64,000 nucleotides of DNA from Obrimoposthia wandeli. Taxonomy: Eukaryota. This document shows positions 1 to 9,058 of this stretch, in pieces. The notes under the pieces were generated by a model, which was not told the origin of the DNA, did not search any database, and saw only the letters and a list, made by a program, of their open reading frames with translations. Position 1 is the stretch's first letter. Each line of letters starts with the position of its first letter. Made by a program: the position numbers and the translations under genes. The stretch lies in the NCBI GenBank assembly GCA_977020255.1, contig CDROCS010001981.1:434001-498000 (forward strand), written 5' to 3'.

Positions 1-22
1 AATTATGAATTAGAAGAATTGT

Positions 23-515
23 TTATCTACATGTCAAGTAATAATAAGAAAGACTGAAACATTTTTTATAAGCGCAATGGTCACTATGATTACGATATGG
101 ACAGCAAATATTTCGTGGAATTTTTAATAGATGATCACGTGAAATATTTAAAGTATTCAACCTCAATTTGGGAAAATATTTTTTTAAAGTCTTATACTTT
201 TTGCCATCCATTTCATCTAAAACATAAAAAATTCCATTTTCTATATCAAAATTAGATGTTATTGTATCGAAAATACATATTTCACAAAAAGCCTTATGTC
301 CTTCTTTCCATTTTAATAAATGAAAGTAATTAGTTATATATAAATAAGTAAATTTTTTCTTATAATCTAAACTTTTAAACGGGATATCTATTTGAAATAT
401 GAAATGCAAAGGATGAAAAACGTCGCATACATCCATAATACATAATTCTTTTATAATATAATCACCATTTTTGTTAATGAAAGCCTCAAAATCTATAATA
501 TATTCCTGCTTAATT
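23..515 (-). CDS. Small DEDD-exonuclease-like protein of the type carried by Polinton/Maverick elements
   Basis: The listed ORF 23..436 extends upstream in frame to EYIIDFEAFINKNGDYIIKELCI (DEDD motif-I-like D-x-E). It continues HLLKWKEG and ends CCPYRNHSDHCA. A possible ATG-AAA mini-exon lies near 580. It is co-oriented with two other ORFs reading away from the terminus at 3741. Confidence 0.55.
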
Positions 516-651
516 ATCTAAATTTGCAGCAAATCCCGTTGTTTATAACGAAAAAATTTATTAAAATAACAAAGTACTTTCATATTAAGATTAGTATATA
601 TTGTCAATTCTCCTATATATTGTAAATAAAGACAAAATAATAATCAAAAAT

Positions 652-972
652 TTATTTTTTTGTAGAAGGACCCTCTTTCGGTTTAATCTGGAGGATTCTC
701 TTTCTTGCTGCTCGCCGAACATCCTCCATCTCTTCTCTTCTTTTTTCATCTACCTTCCTTTTTTCCAATTCGATCTTCTTATTCCACTCCACGATTCGAC
801 GGCGTTCTGCTAGCCTCCTATCCTGTATCTCCACCCGATGATTCCACTCGGTCGCGACAGCAGTATACAAATTTTGATTGAGAACCCTATTTCTTAAGTC
901 CCCTTTCTTCTCATTTATTCTGATGTTTGCTTCAATCTTCGTTACCAAACTCTTCATTTTAATGAATTCCAT
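652..972 (-). CDS. Small charged coiled-coil protein (Polinton accessory ORF)
   Basis: 106-aa E/K/R-rich ORF. A diverged homolog (MEFPEMKRLLTQIE...) at 6346..6489 supports coding status. Confidence 0.55.
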   Translation of the reverse strand: MEFIKMKSLVTKIEANIRINEKKGDLRNRVLNQNLYTAVATEWNHRVEIQDRRLAERRRIVEWNKKIELEKRKVDEKRREEMEDVRRAARKRILQIKPKEGPSTKK

Positions 973-1235
973 TTTTTAATTATGAAGAGGTTAATAAATT
1001 TGAACCTATATGTATAAATTTAAGATATTTTTTAATCCAATTAAATGATATATTTTTATTTATCAAATGAGAGTTTAATAAATCTATAACTTATCATTGC
1101 AAATAAACCTAATAAACTTAAAGATAGTATTTCTAAATTTAAAATTAAAAAATAAATAAATATTAAGAAGAAAACATATGAAATTAATTTTTATAAATTA
1201 TATTCTTAAACATCTTTACGAAGTCATCATTGGGA

Positions 1236-2978
1236 TCATCCAGGATCGAAATCCCTCCGACTAAGTATTATTGGAGAAAGCGGTACTGGTTCCTTCTTCT
1301 TTGGCCGGCCCGGTTTCTTTTTCGCCTTCACCGGTTCTTTTGTAGCAATTGTCCTTTCCTCAGGTTTTGGCAATAGTTGCCGCAACTTTATGGGGGGAGG
1401 TGCAGCCGATGTTGATGGCCCTGACATAGAAGCAGTAGCCTTTCTCTTCCGCGGAGCTTTCTTCTGTTTCTCCTCCTTCTCACGCTGAAGCTGGTGTGAG
1501 ACGGCATCCTGTTGCCCTCGCGAATCTGGAAGCATTGCCGGTGTATCCAGTTCCGCCAGGAATTCGTCCAATCCAGCTTCATCCCAGGCCCTCTTTAAGT
1601 TCTGGCTGGTTGTTGGACGATGAGAAGCCGATGATGTCTCCTGCAGGCGTCGTTGACTTGATGGCGGACTAATCTCGATCGGTGAGACTGGGATCCTCTC
1701 GTATAAAATTGGACTGTCGTCCACTGGAGATGGGAGAATCTCCTGCCGTCCAATCACCGCCTCAGAATAATGACCAATTGAGGTTTTACATTTTCTCGAG
1801 CGCCTCGTCTTCTTCACCTTTGCCCTCTTCGTCCGTTTCCGCGAGAAAGGAGTAATTTCTCCCCAAGTCTCCTCAAATATCGGGACGGGTTCCTGCAAAA
1901 TATTAATAAAATTTAAACATATAAATAATTTACCTCAATGACGGGCAGATTAGCCTGTTTCACCAACTTGGCCTTCTTCAGAGTGTGGGTTTTGACCCGA
2001 TGGCGTTGCGGTTTCTTAACTGCCGCTTGCTTCCTATCCACCGGTTGAATAGGCGTTGCCTCTTCGTGAATGTTCTCCATCTATGTGAATTATTAAATTT
2101 AGTATCTAAATAATTTACCTTAAAATTGTCTGGAGACGCTAGGTATCGAAGCTGACTCCTTGGCAGCTCCTGGCTGCATTGACTCGTCAAGTACTGCGGT
2201 TCAATCAGCCTCTCCGCCATGGTCACTGACGGTGCCAAATCCAGTTGAAGTTTCTGAAAATGAAATTAAAAAACATTTAAAATAAATGATGTCTAACCTC
2301 ATTCGTCGCCTTTATTCTCCTAACAGGAGATTTCGGCCTTTTGAATGGTTCAGGCGCTGTATTATCTGCTTTCAGAGTAGCAGAGGGAGTGAGACCATCC
2401 CAATCGTCGGTGAACAGGTGCCACTCGTCCTCGTCCAATTCTGCAACCATCGAATCGTTGGCTCCTGGGGCTCCGATACTTGGCTGTATCCATTCGTCGA
2501 TGAATGGAGTCAAGTCCTCCTCCCCATCCGACGGTACGTCATCGGTGAACAGCTCCTCGTCTGAGTCTGGTGCGATGACTTTCTCCGGCTGAGACAGCGG
2601 GATCAATTTCCATGGCCAGGATCTTCTTGCTGCTACTGCCGAAGTTGCTGGACGAACAGCTTCTATGTTTTGCCTGGGAGTACAGTCTTCCCAATTCTCA
2701 ATCGAATCCTGACTAGTCAGGTCAATATATTGGGATCTCTGTACCCCGCCTCTCACGTCCATTGGTTCTTCTCTTGGATTTGAGCTGACCAATGAGGCTT
2801 CTTCTTCCAACAGGTTCGCTCTTGTTTCTGCTTCTCCTTCGCTCACCACCGATGAGTCTTGACTATTTAAGTCAATGTATTACGACGGTGGTGGCGTTCG
2901 CTGCTGCACTGGAGAGAGATCCCCATAGAGTTGAACCTCAGTCTCTTCGTCTAGGTCAACGTTGTTGTAGAATGGCAT
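1236..2978 (-). pseudogene. Four-exon gene for a ~539-aa disordered protein (acidic N-terminus with SIM-like YIDL motifs, basic C-terminus with AT-hook-like KKKPGRPKKK); premature TAA at codon 33
   Basis: Exons 2978-2298, 2253-2119, 2080-1934 and 1892-1236 are joined by GT-AG phase-0 introns of 44, 38 and 41 nt, which link the listed ORFs into one frame. TAA at 2880-2882 corresponds to CAG in the second copy. Matching intron positions are visible in the copy at 4.6-6.4 kb. Confidence 0.7.
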
Positions 2979-3012
2979 TGTTGATTTATGAAAAATAATG
3001 AACGGAGGTGTC

Positions 3013-3020
3013 TTTATATA
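3013..3020 (-). promoter_or_regulatory. Candidate TATA box for the four-exon gene
   Basis: TATATAAA on the minus strand, 35 nt upstream of the ATG at 2978. Confidence 0.4.
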
Positions 3021-3299
3021 CACAAATATCTTACTAACCCCTCTTTTATTGTCCAATGAGAGCCTCTTATTTAAATAATTTATTTTTTGTAATGTTTTTC
3101 GTGCCTGGAGATCAAGAATGAAGCCCGCACCGAAGGGGCGGGTGGTGTATGTTAGGGCCTTGGGTATGACACGGGTCGTTTATATTTGTAGTTGTGAGAG
3201 GTAAAGTGATACTGTAACGTATGTATTTGTAGTTATTTTCGTGAGAATAGAGCCCGCCCCGAAGAGGCGGGTGGTGGTCGGTGGGTGTTTCCGTCCAAC

Positions 3300-3557
3300 A
3301 CCCATCGACTTTCACCCATCACCCGTCGACTTTCACCCAACACCCAACGACTTTCGCCCATCACCCAAGGTAGTTCGTGATATACACCAGAGCGAGACAT
3401 TCAGCCATCACCCAAGGTAGTTAGTGATATACACCAGAGCGCGACATTCAGCCATCACCCAAGGTAGTTAGTGATATACACCAGAGCGAGACATTTGGCC
3501 ATCACCCAAGGTAGTTAGTGATATACACCAGAGCGATACATTCGCCCATCACCCAAG
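3300..3557. repeat. Subterminal tandem repeats: 21 bp x3, then 47 bp x4+
   Basis: ACCCATCGACTTTCACCCATC-type units at 3300, 3321 and 3342. CATCACCCAAGGTAGTTAGTGATATACACCAGAGCGAGACATTCAGC units at 3359, 3406, 3453, 3500 and a partial unit at 3547. Confidence 0.9.
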
Positions 3558-3624
3558 CTAGTCTGTGACATATACGAGTCCCGAGCCTTTCGCGCCGATA
3601 GACGCGAAAAAAATGTTCCCCACC

Positions 3625-3698
3625 CTTGTCCTTTAAAACCGTGCATGTGTGTGGAGTGAAATTTCACTCCACACACATGCACGGTTTTAAAGGACAAG
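3625..3698. repeat. Perfect 74-bp palindrome
   Basis: 3625-3661 (CTTGTCCTTTAAAACCGTGCATGTGTGTGGAGTGAAA) is the exact reverse complement of 3662-3698, with no loop. Confidence 0.95.
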
Positions 3699-4579
3699 AA
3701 GGTGGAGGGGGTGTGGATTAGACCGGACACATCCACCTACTCTCGAAATCTCTTTGCCTTCACGATTCTGTATTTACTTCTTGAAATTTCTGCACTTCAG
3801 TAAATGAAATAAATTGTCTTTATATCTTTTTACCTCGTAGCAGATGCGACGAATCTCTCTGTGTTGATTACTACTAAGTGATTCTGCAATTGATATACCG
3901 ATTGGAATACGGGGTGTAATCCTATGACTTGTGCTGCACTGATGTATTATCACTAATGCTGTATCTATTTAACTAGATTCCTTATGGATTATTTTAACTA
4001 AATTTTCTTCTACGACGTCTCTTTTTTCACACTTTTCCTGCTATATATCTACATAATCTTTCAACCTTTTCAGGTCTCAATTTACTTTATGTATATATTT
4101 TAATTATTTCAAGTCTATTTTATTTTAATTAATTTCGACCTAGTCACTAGGTTAAATGTTTGTATAAATAATTGCTATTATTTATTTAAGTATTCCTTAA
4201 TTTAACAATATAGAGTAATGTTTCTTGATTCACATATGTGAGGTGTGTCCATTTATTGCATTTACAGTTTACATAAGTTTAAGTGAATAATAATCAATAG
4301 CATGGAATTTTTTGAATAGCGATAGGTTTTGGATGCTCAAAATTTCCACTTGATCGAATTTGTGAAACAAAATAGAGTCGCAGTGCAACTTAATTTCTTG
4401 CATATACGTGCTTGCTAGAATTATGTTGAAACTAATCGCGAATAGCCTGAAAACCCGACCCTCTGCCCATTTTAACTGACTACCTTTTGATTCCGTAAGT
4501 ATATTTTTGATCGGATTTAAAAAGGCGTCCAAAGAGTGCCAAAAAGAGAAAACAAGTAAAATTACGAAAATGAAGTTAT

Positions 4580-6374
4580 GTCCAACCTAGGATGAAGATA
4601 TGGAGGTTCAGTTGTATGGGGATCTCTCTCCAGTACAGCAGCAAACGCCACCACCGTCGCAGTACATTGACTTACTTAGTCAAGAGTCGTTGGTGGTGAG
4701 CGAAGAAACATCAACAAGAGCGGAGCTGATAAAAGAAGCATCATTGGCTAGCACAACTCTGACAGAAGAATCAATGGGTGAGAGATTGTCAGGATTCGAT
4801 TGAGAATTGGGAAGACTGTACTCCCCAGCAGAATACAGAAGCTGCTCGTCCAGCAACTTCTGCAGAAGCAGCAATGAGATCCAATATATTTGAAAATTTC
4901 AAGGCGGCAACCAAACACCCCTGGAAATTGATCACGCTGTCTCAGCTGGAGATAGTCCTCGCACCGGACTCTGATGAGGAGCTCTTCAGTGATAGGCTAC
5001 CGTCGGATCAAGAATAGAATTTGACTCCATTTTTCGATGAATGGATCCATCCAAGTCTCGGAGCCACTGCCATAAATGAGTCAATGGTGGCAAAATTGAA
5101 CGACGACGAATGGATGGTCTCACTCCATCTGCTACTCCAACTCCGATAGCAGGCAATACGGCAGCTGAACCATTCAGAAGGCCGCAATCTCCGATGCGAG
5201 CAGTTAGGAGAATAAAGACAACAAATGAGGTTAGACTTAATTTATTTCAAATGTTTTTTAATTTCATCTTCAGAAACGTCAACTGGATATAGCACCGTCG
5301 GTAACCACGGTTGAGATGCTGATAGAACTGCAATACTTGGCGAGTCGTTGCAGCCAGGAGCTGCTAAGGAATGAGCTCCATTACCTAGCACCTCCAGATA
5401 ATATCACGTTAAATTATTTTTAATTAGACTTTAAATTTAATAATTCAAATAGGTGGAGAAATTTCTCGAAGAGGCGACGCCTAGTCAACCTGTGGATAAA
5501 AAGCAAGCAGCTGTTAGGAAACCACAACCACATCGGGTCAAAACCCAGACGGTTCACCGGAAAAATGCCAAGTTGGTACAACAGGCAAACCTGCCTGTTA
5601 TTGAGGTGAATTATTTATATGTTTAAATTTTATTAATTTTTTACAGGAACCAGTCCAGATAATTGAGGAGACATGGGGAGAAATTTCTCCTTTCCCGATG
5701 AGACTAATGAAGCAAGCAGATGTGAGGAAGATGAAGCGATCCAGAAAATGTCGCATCATAATGCTCAACACTAGAGAGGCGGTGATTGGCCAACAGGAGT
5801 TTCTCCCATCTCCAGTGGACGACGGGCCAATTTTGTACAAGAAGATACCAGTCTCCGATCGAGATTAGTCCGCTTCCCAGTCAACGACGCCTGCAAGAGA
5901 CGGCACCGGCTCCATTAACCATCAGCCACAATTTGGTCAATTTCTTCTCTGTCAACAGCAAGCCAGAACTTGAAGAGGGCCTGGGATGAAGCTGGATTGG
6001 CCGAATTCTTGGCGGAACTCGATTCTCCACAACCGGCATTGCTTCTAGATTCGAGAGGGCAGCATGATGCAGTCTCATGTCAACTTCAGCGTGAGAAGGA
6101 GGAGAAACTGAAGAAAGATCCGCGGAAGAGGAAGGCTACAAAACCTACAACTTTGTCGACGGGCCATCTACATCTGCTGCACCTCCAAAAAAGATACGAC
6201 AACTCCTGCCAAAAACCTCAAGGAACGGCAATTGCTGCACAATAACTGGTGAAGCCGAAAAAGAAACCTGACCGACCAAAGAAGAAGGAGCCAGTGCCGC
6301 TTACTCCTATACCACTCAGTCGGAGGGATATCGATGAGAATGATCTCAATGCTTCTCATACCACTCTGCTCTGA
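4580..6374 (+). pseudogene. Inverted, decayed paralog of the four-exon disordered-protein gene
   Basis: Colinear homology to 1236-2978 (VQLYGDLSPVQQ, QYIDL, IENWEDCTPQQN, APDSDEELF, KRAWDEAGL, KKKPDRPKKKEPVPL) with several frameshifts and stops. Confidence 0.85.
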
Positions 6375-6489
6375 CAATCTTAAACAAATTAAGATTTAAA
6401 ACTTGCTGTTGCAGGTCTCTTTTCTTTAAATTCTTCTTATAATTTTTCTCTATTTGTGTCAATAGCCTCTTCATTTCTGGAAATTCCAT
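6346..6489 (-). pseudogene. Truncated paralog of the coiled-coil ORF at 652..972
   Basis: MEFPEMKRLLTQIEKNYKKNLKKRDLQQQVLNLNLFKIVRAEW aligns with MEFIKMKSLVTKIEANIRINEKKGDLRNRVLNQNLYTAVATEW. Confidence 0.75.
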
Positions 6490-6569
6490 TTTTAAAATAA
6501 TGAAAGGTAACTAAACTTTTCTTTTTTATAGTCTTTTCTATCTAATTGATTTTATTGATGTGTTAAAAC

Positions 6570-6935
6570 ACAAATTTGTTTTTCTAAATTTTATGTTTTT
6601 TCTAAATTTATGTTTTTTGAAAATTTAAAGTTTTTCGAAATTTTATGTTTTTCGAAATTTTAGGTTTTTGAAAATTTAAACAAAAATTATTTTGAATTTG
6701 GTGCGCACAAATATTGATGCGTTTAAACAAAAATGACCTTGACGTGTTTAAACAAAAGAATGACATTGACGTACTCGGGATAATTGGTTGTCATGAGAAC
6801 ACGCACATGGTAGATGTGTGTGTATTGTTTGCTATGGCAACCAACACGTTTCCATGACAACGCCATCGTACTCTGGATCCTTTTTCATCTGGGGGGACCT
6901 ATTGCCTTGAGTCGAAGTCATCACATCTACCTACT
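6570..6935. mobile_element. Right terminus of a second Polinton-like element (terminus family 3)
   Basis: Ends ...GAAGTCATCACATCTACCTACT at 6935. It is preceded by a G-tract and by short AT-rich tandem repeats (6570-6690), and abuts a pPolB remnant. Confidence 0.65.
6787..6861. promoter_or_regulatory. Cluster of RFX-type X-box motifs
   Basis: GTTGTCATGAGAAC (6787-6800) and GTTTCCATGACAAC (6848-6861) match RYYNYY-WW-RRNRAC exactly. GTTTGCTATGGCAAC (6827-6841) is a near match. Confidence 0.45.
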
Positions 6936-6939
6936 CATT

Positions 6940-7260
6940 TTAAATAGGATCATGATCACGTACTAAATCTCTAGAGATTTTATAATAAAGGTAACATATG
7001 CGATACGCTTGAAAAGCTACCTGATTTTCATTTGTCATTGGAGCTTGAATATTATTTCTCCAAAAATATGCAACAATTTCATTGAGAATTTCCGTTTATT
7101 TAACAATAAAGTTGGTAGCACAATCTAAACCGAAACAACATTCCAACTGCAATGGGAGTATGTATATGTTTAACAGTCACATCAGGTTCTAAAATACTTT
7201 CAAAATGAGCGTAAACTACAAAAGGAGGTTGATTTATTATCCGGCATAGTGAATAAAGTT
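6940..7260 (-). pseudogene. Remnant of protein-primed DNA polymerase B (Polinton type), exonuclease/endonuclease-VII-like region
   Basis: QPPFVVYAHFESILEP...KHIHTP (compare PFVIYADFESIL) followed by APMTNENQVAFQAYRICYLYYK...LVRDHD (compare ICHIC...VRDHCH). Confidence 0.7.
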
Positions 7261-7765
7261 GTAGTAACAGTATAAAATTACAATGAATTTTATGTTTATC
7301 ATAAGCAGCCACAGTTCGAAAACCAAAAAGACATTTTGAACCCCAATAAAGTTGTAAACCATAACTTTAACAATTAAATAATCTATTTAAATTAGGAACA
7401 CCACGATAATGATAAATATTACAGTCTTCTATCAATATTAAATTTACAATTTGATTACATTCCCATAAATTATACTAACATTGAGATATTTCGCCACATC
7501 TTTAATCAGGTATTTACTTTTAATTTCAGAATACTTAAAAACTGTAATTGCTATTTAGTTATCACGTTCAAATTGAGGTATTGAGGCTAAGAGCATAGGA
7601 CCTGGCTGAAATTTTAACTCATTTAAATATTGCTCATAAGAAGATGATCGATCTCTACGAAAACCTTCATCGTGTTTTAATACGCTAAGGATAGCATAGA
7701 TAAAACATTTATTATCATCGTTTTTACATTGATTATTGACTAAATATGATTTAATATAGACTTTT

Positions 7766-7826
7766 TAGGCACTATAGTGTTGGAGGGCTTTGACGCTTTG
7801 GTTTAGTACCGACACTATATACTACT
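7766..7826. repeat. Short hairpin-type dispersed repeat, same family as 33024..33110
   Basis: Shares the 3' arm GTACCGACACTATATACTACT with 33089-33109. The 5' arm is imperfectly complementary. Confidence 0.55.
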
Positions 7827-8229
7827 TTAATGAAAACAAATTAGAGTTACAGAAATTGAGCGAGAGTGTAAGTGAGGAAGTTTATGGTTCAATAATAATC
7901 AACGCAAAATAAATTTTTAATTATTTAACTTTAATTATTAGTTGACAACATCAAATATTTCATAATACGAATATTCAGTATATTTCAACAGTATAAAAAA
8001 TTATACGTTATTATTTATGTGTTTTGTGTCCAATGATTGTATCTTTAAACAACAAAAAAAACATTTAAATTTTAAAATTAATTGCTGCACGGTGGGGTCT
8101 GCTAATAACATAATTTTCAAAGTTATGTTATTTTTCGAATATTAGTGATTCTTTCATGTTTTTTAAAATTAATTTTAAATTAAATATTCCAAAATTACTT
8201 CTAAAATTAATTCTAAAATTAATTCTAAA

Positions 8230-8415
8230 TCCTGTGTTTTCACACTTTAAAGCGGTTTTGGTTGAATGACTTATTAGGGCATTAAGGGATAAATTAAAGA
8301 AACATTTTGTTGCAATTGGATCAAAAAAATTGGTAGAGGTACTACCTAAACTGTTAATTTCATATAATCACTCATCACATCGCGGTTTAGATGGTAAGAA
8401 ACCTATATTTTACTA
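8230..8415 (+). pseudogene. Remnant of Polinton retroviral-type integrase (C-terminal core)
   Basis: KAVLVE*LIRALRDKLKKHF...LVEVLPKLLISYNHSSHRGL matches the Polinton pattern KASIVERFNRTLK...YIDVLPKLV.SYN...H. Confidence 0.75.
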
Positions 8416-8615
8416 AATATATGGAACCCGAAAATTATATTTTAATCGATTAGGTACATCATTCAACTTTGATGATAGGTTGGGTAATGTACTGTTTGAT
8501 GGTGTCTTAATTAGTGTTTTTTTAGACTAAAACATCATTAACAGTCATATAATGAAATACATTATCAACAAGCATTTTAAAAAATCAAAAACCTATATTT
8601 GTTTATAAGAAACTT

Positions 8616-9058
8616 TCAAGAAAAAAATACAATAGACTCAACATGACAATGATAATCAAAATATTTAATACCATGAATAATCACTTTTCCACTAGCAAAT
8701 ACATTAACACATATAGGATCAAACTTTAAAATACTGAGTATTGGAAACAATTCTGGCTCAAATATACAATTTCTTCCCATTTTCACAAATATCTTATACA
8801 AATTAACTTTCTTGTTGATATTCACTAGGATAATAAGAGATTGCTTACGTTCAATTTCTATATTTTGGACATGTTTGATTGGTTGTTTGCAACCCATAAT
8901 CCTGCATGAGCCTAAATAGTAGTAGTAGTATAATAATAATACTTGATGGAAATATAACAATAGTATAATCTTTTAACTTTTCAACATATTGTATAGGTTT
9001 CTTCGATCGAAAAGGTAAGTGACTAACACTTCCCTTAAATTTGCTTTATAATTTATAT
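8616..9058 (-). pseudogene. TBP-like (TATA-binding-protein fold) gene, two exons, frameshift in exon 1
   Basis: Exon 2 encodes SCRIMGCK...FEPELFP...VNVFASGKVIIHGIK (compare TBP YEPELFPG...LIFVSGKVVLTGAK). Exon 1 encodes NINYKANL...DYTIVIFPS. A 31-nt GT-AG phase-1 intron lies at 8912-8942. Confidence 0.75.

Larger units (their letters stand above)
3110..3741. mobile_element. Right terminal region of a Polinton-like element (terminus family 1)
   Basis: Ends ...GGATTAGACCGGACACATCCACCTACT at 3741, which is the reverse complement of AGTAGG. The same terminus and subterminal motif recur at 16153, 32501 and 39473. Confidence 0.75.

Noticed and set aside
2286-2998. Plus-strand ORFs overlapping the four-exon gene, and similar antisense ORFs over the zinc-finger, pol and TRAF genes
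   Set aside because: These are shadow frames of GC-richer coding sequence with no motifs.
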